Part shown: positions 54,531-64,000 of the stretch, piece by piece
Layout of the letters: every line of letters begins with the position of its first letter
Numbering within the stretch: the stretch's first letter is position 1
NCBI GenBank assembly: GCA_902523095.1
Contig: CABYYE010000004.1
Location: 426-64,425 of the forward strand
Length of the DNA: 64,000 nucleotides
Direction of reading: 5' to 3'
Source of the DNA: an uncultured Pelagibacteraceae bacterium
Lineage (GTDB): Bacteria; Pseudomonadota; Alphaproteobacteria; Pelagibacterales; Pelagibacteraceae
Program-made: the position numbers and the translations under genes
Notes under the pieces: model-generated
The model's input: the letters and a program-made list of their open reading frames with translations, nothing else
What the model was told of the DNA's origin: nothing
Database searches by the model: none

Positions 54531-57072
54531 TCTCTAAATCTTTTATATTTATAAAATTATTTGATAAACTAGCATTATTATTTTTTATGTCTTTAAAAAA
54601 ATTCCAAGCTAACACAATTAGAGTATTATTCTTATTTTTAATATGAGATTTATTTTTAATTGGGATATTCACACCTGGAATAAATTTTTCATGCTTAAGT
54701 TTATTGTCCTCAACAATAAAATCAATTTCTTTAGAAATACCAAAAAAATTCAAAGCTGTGGTAGCTTTAGCAGGAGCTCCATATCCTATTATTAAATCAT
54801 TGTTATCTTTTAATTTTTTTATATTTTCTCTAACATTTTCCCTGATTTTATTTACTTTGTTTCCAAATTCTTGATAAGTTTTAAATTTTTTTATTCCAAA
54901 CGCTACTTCCTCATTCAGCATTTTTTTAACACTATTCTCAACTTTTACTTTCTTATCTTTTTTAACATAAATCCTAATTGAACCACCATGTGTATCTACT
55001 TTTTCAGATTTATATATTGTTGCATCAAACTGATTAAAAAAGTTTATTAGAGATGTTAGTGACCAATAATTATAGTGCTCATGATAAATATTATCAAAAG
55101 TTAAATCTTTTAACGTATTCATTAAATATTGCACCTCAATTACCATTACCCCTTTTTTACTTAATAAGTTTAACATACACTCTGTCATTTCTTTCAATTT
55201 ATCAGAATGAGCAAAGACATTGGAGGCCAATATTAAATCTGCATTTTTTTTTATTTTTTTAAGATTTTTCCTCTCTAAAAAACCATTAAATGTTTTTATT
55301 TTATTCTTATTAGCTAACTTAGCTAAATTTTTGGCTGGTTCTACGCCAAGCAAATTTTTAAATCCTAGATCTTTAAAAGGCCTAAGCGCTACACCGTCGT
55401 TGCTTCCTATATCAATAATGTAAGAATTTTTTTTATTTAATTTTAAATCTTTAACGTATTTCTTAGCTGCATTGACAAAATGATCTCTAAATACTTTTGA
55501 AGTTGAAGAAGTATATAAATAATTTGTAAACATTTTTTTGGGATCCACAGCAATTGAAAGTTGGCAATTATGACATTTTTCACAATAATTCATTTCTAGA
55601 GGATACAACTCACATTCTTCCTTAACTTTTCTAAGTAAATTATTTGCTAGAGGTTGGTATCCTAAGGAAATTACTCTTTTCAAATTTGTATTACCGCATG
55701 ATCTACAATCAAATTTGTAGTATTTGAGTAATAAATTTTTTTCTTTTTCACTAACAAATACATGTTTTATTGTGTGTGTTATTCCATATTTTTCATGATC
55801 TCTTTCCCCCCTTACTAAATTTAAAAAAGTAGTATCTTTTGTAAAAACCATTGTGTGTGCAACATTTGGTTTAATTATCGAAAGTTGCCCTTCATTAACT
55901 ACCTGGGTAATTTTTGGAGAGTTAGGATTTATTATATCTTGAAAAATTTCTATTATTTGACCTTTAGTAAATAAACATTTTTGTTCTTGTTGTGGATGAT
56001 AATGATTAGCGCGAATTGTCCCTTTTTTTGAGTCTATCAAACCGATTAGGTTTATGGGCTCAGTTAATTCATGATTGCTAATTTTTCCTCTTTTGTCTTC
56101 AAACAAATTATCTCCGTCTCTAACAAACTCTAAATCTTTTATTAAATCTTGTTTAGACCATTTTGTAATCATTTCTTTAATACTTTCATCTAATCCATAT
56201 AAAAATTTAAATCCGCAATTTAGAATTTTTTTATTAGAAAGAGAAAAACCTAAATTAGGAACTTCATCGTTTGTTTCTCTTAATGTAACCTTAGGATTAT
56301 GTTTCTTGCACATTTCTGCAACTTTTTTTACGGTCAATGTGTCTTTAGTCAAGTTGAATATTTCAGATGATAAATCTTCTCTCTCTTCCATGAATTTAAA
56401 ACATCTTGCAACATCTATAAGAGGGACTAAGCTTTTTAATTGTCTCCCTCCAGAAAAAAGTTTTAGAGTTCCATTTTGTGAGGCTATTTTGGAGAATAAG
56501 TTAGGCATTATATCAATACGAGCAGTATCGGTAGAATAGCCATACACAGAACCTAATCTTAAAATTATAAAATTTTTTCCAGATTCTTTTAATTGTTTTT
56601 CGTTAATTGCTTTTGACGAAGAGTAAGATAGTACCGGTTTCGTCTTTTCATTTTCTTTAATATCATTTCTAACCTCTGCAATTCCCTCATAGACAACATG
56701 CGTTGATGGAAAAATAATTTTACATTTATTGCTGATGGCATTAAGTATATTTTCAGTTCCTATTTCTCCAACAAGTTTAATTTGATTATCTTTGTCTACA
56801 GTTGACTCACTTTTTGTGCGAGGAACATCGGTTATACCAGCTAAGTGATGGACTATATCTGCATCTTTAAAAACTTTATTAATTAGTTCTTTATTTAAAA
56901 TATCTCCATGGATAAATTCCATGTTCCAACTTCTAAGTTGATTAACTCGTTCTGAAATAAATTTATTATCAATAACAATTATTTTATGATGCCAACTTAC
57001 ACCGGAATATATTTTGCATAATTCCGTTCCTATGTATCCAAGACCTCCAGTAATGATGATTTTTTTTACCAT
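54520..57072 (-). CDS. Trifunctional NDP-sugar enzyme: NAD-dependent epimerase/reductase (SDR) + cupin isomerase/epimerase + NDP-hexose C-methyltransferase
   Basis: TGGLGYIG and YSSSK (aa 1-305); D.RG..., RANHYH, AH (aa ~315-440); CRSCG, CEKC, DIGSNDG, GVEP, NVFAH, IYHEH, HGGS, GYGAPAK, LAWNF (aa 456-850). Confidence 0.88.
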   Translation of the reverse strand: MVKKIIITGGLGYIGTELCKIYSGVSWHHKIIVIDNKFISERVNQLRSWNMEFIHGDILNKELINKVFKDADIVHHLAGITDVPRTKSESTVDKDNQIKLVGEIGTENILNAISNKCKIIFPSTHVVYEGIAEVRNDIKENEKTKPVLSYSSSKAINEKQLKESGKNFIILRLGSVYGYSTDTARIDIMPNLFSKIASQNGTLKLFSGGRQLKSLVPLIDVARCFKFMEEREDLSSEIFNLTKDTLTVKKVAEMCKKHNPKVTLRETNDEVPNLGFSLSNKKILNCGFKFLYGLDESIKEMITKWSKQDLIKDLEFVRDGDNLFEDKRGKISNHELTEPINLIGLIDSKKGTIRANHYHPQQEQKCLFTKGQIIEIFQDIINPNSPKITQVVNEGQLSIIKPNVAHTMVFTKDTTFLNLVRGERDHEKYGITHTIKHVFVSEKEKNLLLKYYKFDCRSCGNTNLKRVISLGYQPLANNLLRKVKEECELYPLEMNYCEKCHNCQLSIAVDPKKMFTNYLYTSSTSKVFRDHFVNAAKKYVKDLKLNKKNSYIIDIGSNDGVALRPFKDLGFKNLLGVEPAKNLAKLANKNKIKTFNGFLERKNLKKIKKNADLILASNVFAHSDKLKEMTECMLNLLSKKGVMVIEVQYLMNTLKDLTFDNIYHEHYNYWSLTSLINFFNQFDATIYKSEKVDTHGGSIRIYVKKDKKVKVENSVKKMLNEEVAFGIKKFKTYQEFGNKVNKIRENVRENIKKLKDNNDLIIGYGAPAKATTALNFFGISKEIDFIVEDNKLKHEKFIPGVNIPIKNKSHIKNKNNTLIVLAWNFFKDIKNNNASLSNNFINIKDLEINN

Positions 57073-57116
57073 ATCAATGCCTATTTACTTACATTAAATT
57101 TTATTATAACTCAATT

Positions 57117-58010
57117 ATGATGAATATCTACGACTGCTTCCAATATTTTGATGAGGACATTTTGCTAGATATACGCCTTAACATTCTAAATAAATATGTT
57201 AAAAAATTCATCATCACCGAAGCAACATATACTCATAATGGTTCACCAAAAAATCTAAACTTTGATATAAATAATTTTAAAAAATTTAAAGACAAGATCC
57301 ATTACTTGGTAGTCGATAAACAGCCTTCTAATATTAAAGAAATAAAAAAAGAAGATACTGAGAATATGAAAGGTGAAAAATCAATATTAAATGGCATGGC
57401 AAGAGACTATTATCAAAGAGAGTATCTTAAGAATGGCTTAAGAGATGTTGATGATAACGATATTGTAATGGTGAGTGATTTAGATGAAATTCCTAATTTA
57501 ATAAAAATTAATTTTTCAGAAATAAAAAATAAAATAATTATTTTTGAACAAAAAATGTTTTATTATAAGTTAAATTTACTTTATCCCAATTGTGTATGGC
57601 ATGGAACTAGAGCATGTAAAAAAAAGAATCTTGTATCTCCACAATGGTTAAGGAATATTAAGGCTAAAAAATACCCCAGATGGAGATTAGATCTTTTGTT
57701 TTCTGAAAAGAAAAAATCAGATTTATTTTTTGTTGAGAATGGTGGGTGGCATTTCACATACCTCAAAACACCAGAAGAGCTAGAAAAAAAACTTTTAAAT
57801 TTTGCTCATCATTATGAATATGAAAAAAGTGGTATAAAAATAGAAAATATAAAAACTCTAATGTCTGAAAAAAGAGTTATCTATGATCATAATGTTGACC
57901 AAAAAAGTTATAAATGGTCAGGTAATTCAATTTTAACTAAAGTAGAAGGTAGTTTTTTACCTGATTTTATTTTATCAAACAAAGAAAGATATAAGGATTG
58001 GTTTGATTAA
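57117..58010 (+). CDS. Glycosyltransferase family 17-like protein
   Basis: IYDCF.YFDE..LL.IRL, E...TH.G..K, QR..L, SDLDEIP (DxD), GGWHF. Confidence 0.82.
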   Translation: MMNIYDCFQYFDEDILLDIRLNILNKYVKKFIITEATYTHNGSPKNLNFDINNFKKFKDKIHYLVVDKQPSNIKEIKKEDTENMKGEKSILNGMARDYYQREYLKNGLRDVDDNDIVMVSDLDEIPNLIKINFSEIKNKIIIFEQKMFYYKLNLLYPNCVWHGTRACKKKNLVSPQWLRNIKAKKYPRWRLDLLFSEKKKSDLFFVENGGWHFTYLKTPEELEKKLLNFAHHYEYEKSGIKIENIKTLMSEKRVIYDHNVDQKSYKWSGNSILTKVEGSFLPDFILSNKERYKDWFD

Positions 58011-58014
58011 TAAA

Positions 58015-60402
58015 TTAATGAGTACTTAGCTCTTCTTTTTTAGTTTTATCTTTTTTAGTTATTTGGTTGACATCAACCCACTCGACTCTTTTTAATGGCT
58101 TTGTTAATGCAACTTTCAAAACTTCATCTACATTTTTTACTGGTATAATTTCCATTGTTTCTAGTATTGTCTTAGGTACCTCTACTAAATCTTTTTTGTT
58201 TTCCATTGGTATCAAAACTTTTTTAATTCCAGCTCTATGAGCAGCTAATAATTTTTCTTTTAACCCGCCTATTGGAAGCACTATTCCCCTCAAAGTTATT
58301 TCACCAGTCATAGCTACTTTTTTATCGACAGGAATATCCGTTATTGCTGAAATTATAGATGTAACCATTCCTACTCCGGCTGAGGGACCATCTTTAGGTG
58401 TTGCTCCTTCGGGTACGTGAATATGAAAATCTTTTTTATCAAAAATTGGTGGTATAATTCCATAATCTAAACTTTTTGACCTAATATAAGATTTTGCTGC
58501 TTTAACCGACTCTTGCATCACATCTCCAAGTTTACCAGTTATTTGCATTTTTCCTTTGCCTGGCATTACTGCTGACTCGATCTTTAAAATTTCACCTCCT
58601 ACTTCTGTCCAAGCTAAACCTGTGACTACCCCAATTCTATTTTCTTCCTCAATTTCACCGTACTTAAATTTTTGAACTCCTAAAAGTTCTTTTATGTCAC
58701 CTTCTTTTAAAGGATTGTTAGTTTTTTCATTATTATCAATTTTTTTTACAAGTTTTCTTGCCACTTTGGAAATTTCTCTTTCAAGATTTCTTACTCCTGA
58801 CTCTCTTGTATAATTTCTTATAATTTTTCTGTTTACATTTTCGTCAATATTCCATTCATCTTTTTTTAAGCCGTTGTTAATACTCTGTTTTGGTATTAAG
58901 AATTTTTGTGAAATGTTAACTTTTTCATCTTCAGTATATCCTGATAGCCTTATAACTTCCATTCTGTCCAATAATGGGGGCAAAATATTTAATGTATTGG
59001 CTGTTGTAACAAACATTACATCAGACAAATCATAATCGACTTCTAAATAGTGATCATTAAATTCTTTGTTTTGCTCTGGATCTAGAGCTTCTAATAATGC
59101 TGAAGATGGATCTCCTCTGTAATCGTTACCTACTTTATCTATTTCATCTAATAAAAAAAGCGGGTTCTTGGTTCCTGCTTTTTTCATCATTTGAATTATT
59201 TTACCAGGTAAAGATCCAATGTAAGTTCTTCTATGACCCCTAATCTCTGCTTCATCCCTTATTCCACCAAGAGAGATTCTTATGAACTTTCTATTAGTAG
59301 CTTTAGCTATTGATTTGCCTAAAGAAGTTTTTCCTACACCTGGAGGGCCAACTAAACATAATATTGGTCCTTTCATTTTTTGAATTCTTTTTTGAACAGC
59401 TAAAAATTCAATAATCCTCTCTTTTACTTTCTCTAACCCATAATGGTCCTCATCTAAAATTTTCTGAGCATTTTTCAGATCTGTATTAATTTTAGATTTA
59501 TTTGACCAAGGAAGCTCGGTCATCCAGTCTAAATAGTTTCTTACTACTGTGGCTTCTGCAGACATTGGGCTCATGGATTTTAATTTTTTTAGTTCTGCTA
59601 GACACTTTTCTTTAGCTAGTTTTGGCATTTTCGCATTATTAATAGCTTTAGAAAGACTTGTTAGTTCGTCTTTTCCTTCGTCTATTTCTCCTAACTCTTT
59701 TTGAATAGCTTTCATTTGTTCATTTAAATAATATTCTCTCTGTGTTTTCTCCATCTGATTTTTTACTCTACCTCTAATTTTCTTTTCAACGGAAAGAACA
59801 CTCGTTTCTTTTTCGATTAAAGAATAAATTTTTTCTAATCTTTTTTTTAAGTCTATAATTTCTAACAATTCTTGTTTTTCAAAAATCTGTATACTTAAAT
59901 TAGATGAGATATTGTTCGCGATTTGCGACGCATTTCTTAAATTTCTCAAATTATTTGTTGCATCGTTTAGATCTTTTTTGCTTAAGACTAGTAATCTATC
60001 ATATTTTTTTACTAAGTTCTGAGCATATAAATCTAAATCTTTTGAATTATTTTCATCTTCCGCGATCTCTACTTCACAAGTAAGGTAGTTGTTTTTTTCG
60101 GTATTGTTGCTTAAAATTTTTACTCTCTTCTCACCTTCTACTAATACCTTTACCGTTCCATCTGGTAACTTTAATAGTTGAAGGACTTTACTTAAACATC
60201 CATACCCAAACAGATCTTTTCCTTCAGGATCATCTACCTCTGAATTTTTTTGAGTTACCAAAACAATGGATTTATCAGATTTCATAACCTCTTGGAGAGC
60301 CTTAATTGATTTTTCTCTTCCAACAAAAAGAGGTACTACCATCGAAGGGAATATAACTATGTCTCTTAGAGGTAATAGAGGTTTTATATAAGAAGCTTTC
60401 AT
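58015..60402 (-). CDS. lon: ATP-dependent protease La
   Basis: [30 protein letters not shown] (catalytic Ser), IGGLKEK. Confidence 0.98.
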   Translation of the reverse strand: MKASYIKPLLPLRDIVIFPSMVVPLFVGREKSIKALQEVMKSDKSIVLVTQKNSEVDDPEGKDLFGYGCLSKVLQLLKLPDGTVKVLVEGEKRVKILSNNTEKNNYLTCEVEIAEDENNSKDLDLYAQNLVKKYDRLLVLSKKDLNDATNNLRNLRNASQIANNISSNLSIQIFEKQELLEIIDLKKRLEKIYSLIEKETSVLSVEKKIRGRVKNQMEKTQREYYLNEQMKAIQKELGEIDEGKDELTSLSKAINNAKMPKLAKEKCLAELKKLKSMSPMSAEATVVRNYLDWMTELPWSNKSKINTDLKNAQKILDEDHYGLEKVKERIIEFLAVQKRIQKMKGPILCLVGPPGVGKTSLGKSIAKATNRKFIRISLGGIRDEAEIRGHRRTYIGSLPGKIIQMMKKAGTKNPLFLLDEIDKVGNDYRGDPSSALLEALDPEQNKEFNDHYLEVDYDLSDVMFVTTANTLNILPPLLDRMEVIRLSGYTEDEKVNISQKFLIPKQSINNGLKKDEWNIDENVNRKIIRNYTRESGVRNLEREISKVARKLVKKIDNNEKTNNPLKEGDIKELLGVQKFKYGEIEEENRIGVVTGLAWTEVGGEILKIESAVMPGKGKMQITGKLGDVMQESVKAAKSYIRSKSLDYGIIPPIFDKKDFHIHVPEGATPKDGPSAGVGMVTSIISAITDIPVDKKVAMTGEITLRGIVLPIGGLKEKLLAAHRAGIKKVLIPMENKKDLVEVPKTILETMEIIPVKNVDEVLKVALTKPLKRVEWVDVNQITKKDKTKKEELSTH

Positions 60403-60409
60403 TATTATT

Positions 60410-60438
60410 TATATGTTAATTAATATGTGAATTTCAAG
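60410..60438 (-). promoter_or_regulatory. Putative RpoH (sigma32)-type promoter of lon
   Basis: CTTGAA-N17-CATATA on the minus strand, ending 7 nt before the lon ATG. Confidence 0.5.
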
Positions 60439-60451
60439 AAGCAATTTTAAA

Positions 60452-61705
60452 TTATGCTACTGATGTTGATTGTTTTTTTCCGTATGTGACAATAGGTTCA
60501 GAAATACCTTGCGCAGCACCTTTATCTACTGTAATTTTTATGACATTTTCCATGTCTGGTAACTCAAACATTGTTTTCAACAAAATATTTTCTAATATAG
60601 ATCTCAATCCTCTAGCACCTGTTTTCTTGGATATTGCTTTTTTTGATATCTCTGAAATGGCCTCATCATGAAATTCAAGATCAACGTTTTCAAATTCAAA
60701 AAGTCTTTTATATTGTTTTATTAGAGAATTTTTGGGCTCTTTCAAAATTTTGATTAAAGATTTTTCATCAAGATCATCTAAAGTTGCTATTATTGGCATC
60801 CTTCCAATAAATTCTGGTATCAATCCATATTTTATCAAGTCTTCAGGTTCTAGTTGTTTCATAATTTCAGATAAAGGTTCTTCTTTATAGTTTTGAACTT
60901 TTGCACCAAAGCCAATAGAGCTTCCTTTGCCTCTGCTATCTATGAGTTTATCTAAACCAGCAAAGGCTCCTCCACAAATGAACAAAATGTTTGTTGTGTC
61001 CACTTGTAAAAATTCTTGTTGGGGATGTTTTCTTCCGCCTTGAGGTGGAACACTAGCAACTGTTCCCTCCATAATTTTTAATAAAGCTTGTTGTACTCCT
61101 TCACCAGATACATCTCTAGTTATTGATGGATTTTCGGATTTTCTACTAATCTTATCAACTTCATCAATGTATACTATTCCCCTTTGTGCTTTCTCAACAT
61201 TATAGTCTGCCGCTTGTAAAAGTTTTAAAATTATATTTTCAACATCTTCTCCAACATATCCAGCCTCTGTTAACGTAGTTGCGTCTGCCATGGTAAAAGG
61301 GACATCCAAAATTCTTGCTAGAGTCTGTGCTAATAAAGTTTTTCCACAACCAGTAGGTCCAACTAAAAGAATATTAGATTTTGATAATTCAATATCTTTA
61401 TTATTTTTTGTTTCGTGATTTAATCTTTTATAATGATTGTGTACTGCTACAGATAAAATTTCTTTAGCAAATTTTTGACCTATTACGTAATCATCCAAAA
61501 CATTGCAAATTTCTTTTGGTGTAGGTACACCATCTTGATGTTTGACTAGTGAACTTTTGTTTTCCTCTTTAATGATATCCATACAAAGTTCAACACACTC
61601 ATCACAAATAAATACTGTAGGGCCAGCTATAAGTTTTCTTACTTCATGTTGGCTTTTGCCACAAAAAGAGCAGTATAAAATATTTTTATTATTTTTTTCA
61701 GTCAT
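60452..61705 (-). CDS. clpX: ATP-dependent Clp protease ATP-binding subunit
   Basis: CSFCGK..ICDEC Zn finger, [24 protein letters not shown]. Confidence 0.98.
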   Translation of the reverse strand: MTEKNNKNILYCSFCGKSQHEVRKLIAGPTVFICDECVELCMDIIKEENKSSLVKHQDGVPTPKEICNVLDDYVIGQKFAKEILSVAVHNHYKRLNHETKNNKDIELSKSNILLVGPTGCGKTLLAQTLARILDVPFTMADATTLTEAGYVGEDVENIILKLLQAADYNVEKAQRGIVYIDEVDKISRKSENPSITRDVSGEGVQQALLKIMEGTVASVPPQGGRKHPQQEFLQVDTTNILFICGGAFAGLDKLIDSRGKGSSIGFGAKVQNYKEEPLSEIMKQLEPEDLIKYGLIPEFIGRMPIIATLDDLDEKSLIKILKEPKNSLIKQYKRLFEFENVDLEFHDEAISEISKKAISKKTGARGLRSILENILLKTMFELPDMENVIKITVDKGAAQGISEPIVTYGKKQSTSVA

Positions 61706-61784
61706 AACGAATCAGATAATCTATAATAATGGCCTATTATATCCTTATCAAGCTGAAGTTGTAAACATGTCTATATGTTGTATT

Positions 61785-62396
61785 TTATTTTCTTTTTTCT
61801 ACAACAGAGTCTATAAGCCCAAATTTTTTTGCCTCCTCGGCGGTCATGAAATTATCTCTTTCTAAAGCTTTAGCAATTTCATCTTGCGATTTTCCTGTAT
61901 GTTTAGAATATATGTTATTGAGCCTTTCTTTTAAAGAGAGAATTTCTTTTGCGTGAATTTGTATATCAGTAGCTTGACCTTGAAATCCTGCAGATGGTTG
62001 ATGAACCATAATTCTTGAATTCGGCAAAGAATATCTTTTACCTTTTTCTCCTGCCGCTAATAAAAAAGATCCCATTGATGAGGCTTGACCAATACATAGT
62101 GTTGAAACGGGTGAATTGATATATTGCATAGTATCGTAAATACCTAGTCCAGCAGTTACTAAACCACCAGGACTGTTAATATAGAAATTAATTTCTTTTT
62201 TTGGATTTTCTGACTCTAAAAATAAAAGTTGTGCAGTAACTAAAGAGGCTACCGCATCATTTACAGGTCCAACAAGAAAAACTATTCTTTCTTTTAAAAG
62301 TCTTGAATAAATATCATAGGCTCTTTCTCCTTTGCTTGTTTGTTCAACAACCATAGGAATTAAACTATTCATCTGCTCTTCAAAATCACGACTCAT
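61785..62396 (-). CDS. clpP: ATP-dependent Clp protease proteolytic subunit
   Basis: [34 protein letters not shown]. Confidence 0.98.
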   Translation of the reverse strand: MSRDFEEQMNSLIPMVVEQTSKGERAYDIYSRLLKERIVFLVGPVNDAVASLVTAQLLFLESENPKKEINFYINSPGGLVTAGLGIYDTMQYINSPVSTLCIGQASSMGSFLLAAGEKGKRYSLPNSRIMVHQPSAGFQGQATDIQIHAKEILSLKERLNNIYSKHTGKSQDEIAKALERDNFMTAEEAKKFGLIDSVVEKRK

Positions 62397-62449
62397 TTGT
62401 TAGTTTATACAACTATTAGTTACTTTTTACTAATTTTTTTTGATTTTGT

Positions 62450-63795
62450 TTATTTCTTTTTTGAGGATTTTGTTTTTTTAGTATCAACTTCATCTGATTT
62501 AGGTTTATTAAATGCAGCAATAATTTTTTCTGCTTCTTTAGTGTTAACGCTTTTCTTTTCAAGCTTTATTTTAGTTTTTATCAAAGCAATAATTTTTTCC
62601 TCATAAATAGATCCTCTTAATCCTTGAGATGCACTAGGATTTTTTTGATAATATTCTAGGATCATTTTCTCTTGTCCCGGCATTCCTTTTATTTGTTTTT
62701 GAATTTCTGACTTAACCTCTTCCTCGGAAACTTTTAAATTATTTTGTTCACCGATTTCATTAAGGAGTAGGCCAAGCTTGATTCTTGACTTAGCAATTTC
62801 TTCATTTTTGCTTTTATGCTTTTCTTTATCTTCAGATTTTAAATTTTTTGTCATTAAATCAACTTCTTGATTTATCAAATTTTCAGGTAAATCTATTTGA
62901 TAATTCTTTTCTAACTGATCTAATATTTCTTTTTTAGTAATAGAATTTAATGCCTGCACATATTGTGAAGAAATTTGATTGTCAACTAATTGTTTTAAAT
63001 CTTTTAAATCTTTTGCTCCCATAGCTTTTGCAAAATTATCATCAATTTTATTTTGAATTGGACTTTTCACATTTAGTATTTTACATTTAAAAATAGTTTT
63101 TTTATTAGCTAATTCTTTTTTTGGATGATTAGGTGGCATTACAGCGTTCAAGTCTTTAACTTCATTTTTCTTAATGCCTATCAATTGTTCATCAAAACCT
63201 TTTAAAAACAAATTTTTTCCAAGTTCAATTTGAACACCTTTACCTTGACTTCCTTCAAAACTTTTTCCTTCAATAGTTGCTGTATAATCAAAAGTTACTT
63301 GATCTCCTTTTAAAGCTTTTTCATTAATGTTTTTTTTATCTTCAAACTTTTTATTTTGATTTGAGATCTCTTTTAATTTTTCATCAATAATTTTATCTTC
63401 AATTTTTATTTTATATTCAGTTGCTGAAAATTTATCAAAAGATTTTATTTTGATATCAGGCAGAGAGTCTATTTGTAGTTCATAATTTAAGTCTTTCCCT
63501 TCTCCAAAAGTTTTTAGATCTATTTTTGGTTGGCCTGCAACTTTTAATTTTTTTCTTCTATAGCTTTAGCTGATGATTCCCGTAAAACTTTATCAATTAC
63601 TTCGCCGTAAATTGATTTTCCAAATTGACTTTTAATTACAGATGGAGGAACTTTGCCCGCTCTAAAACCTTTTAATGTAACTTCTTTTTGAAGTTCATTT
63701 AATCGCTCGTTCATTTTCTTTTCGATATCCTTTTTATCAACCACAATTGATAAAATAGTTCTTAGACCTTTTTTCTTGTGTATTTCTACTTTCAT
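62450..63795 (-). pseudogene. tig: Trigger factor, split by a single-base frameshift in an A7 run at 63548-63554 (more likely a sequence error than true decay)
   Basis: GFRAGKVP ribosome-binding motif in the 5' part. Adding one A gives EEKKLKVAGQPKID... and an open frame through the FKBP domain (FDY, FEG, GFDEQL) to 62450, 448 aa in total. Confidence 0.9.
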
Positions 63796-63808
63796 TATAA
63801 TTCTACTT

Positions 63809-63893
63809 TGGTGGGCAAGAAGAGACTCGAACTCTTAAGCCTTGCGGCACTGGTTTCTAAGACCAGCGCGTATACCAATTCCGCCACTTGCCC
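63809..63893 (-). tRNA. tRNA-Leu (TAG)
   Basis: GGGCAAGTGGCGGAATTGGT...CTGGT-CTTAGAA-ACCAG, long variable arm GCCGCAAGGC, GTTCGAGTC, CTTGCCCACCA. Confidence 0.96.
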
Positions 63894-64000
63894 AAATACT
63901 AAACGTTGATTTATATATCAATTTAATTTTTTGTAAAATAATTAAGTCGAAAATAAACAAATGTATAAATTAATAATAAAGAAAAAAACCAAATCTTACA

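Noticed and set aside
56075-56539. 154-aa + strand ORF and the many other 60-140 aa antisense ORFs (e.g. 34114, 40806, 52488, 52855, 53930, 61542)
   Set aside because: They lie opposite well-supported genes, have shadow-frame Phe/Leu/Ile/Ser-rich composition and show no motifs.
53732-58010. tRNA-integrated prophage or genomic island
   Set aside because: No integrase, phage genes or duplicated tRNA 3' end were seen, and the accessory genes lie on the 5' side of the tRNAs.
62450-63795. Two separate genes (83 aa and 253 aa) as listed in the ORF track
   Set aside because: They are halves of one tig gene separated by a one-base frameshift.

Overview
This is a 64 kb, very AT-rich, extremely compact stretch of a streamlined alphaproteobacterial chromosome, most likely Pelagibacterales/SAR11-like. 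That assignment is inferred from composition, near-zero intergenic gaps and gene order. Most of it is core housekeeping: cinA, ratA-lipA-ftsB-eno-kdsA-pyrG-secG-tpiA, ppiD-trpEGDC-lexA-gltX, a long minus-strand run (nuoA-N, birA, coaX, rnj, proS, lolCD, dnaE, rpsB, tsf, frr, uppS, cdsA, dxr, bamA, skp, lpxD, fabZ, lpxA, lpxI, lpxB), tRNA-Asp/Val/Leu, and tig-clpP-clpX-lon. No CRISPR array, rRNA, transposase or integrase was seen. Non-routine points: (1) a 187-aa biotin ligase with Thr at the E. coli R118-equivalent position and no C-terminal domain, resembling engineered proximity-labelling ligases; (2) an 850-aa SDR+cupin+C-methyltransferase fusion beside a divergent GT17 gene, suggesting one-protein synthesis of a branched methyl-sugar; (3) an accessory pair after gltX (a Cas4-like PD-(D/E)XK nuclease and a Pro/Glu-repeat two-TM protein); (4) clean absence of pyrH, rseP and the pdh genes from their usual positions; (5) a one-base frameshift in tig; (6) regulatory motifs (LexA boxes, rpsB leader RNA, a Fur-like box above nuoA, an RpoH-like promoter, possibly leaderless starts). 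All gene calls come from motif recognition by eye; no searches were run.
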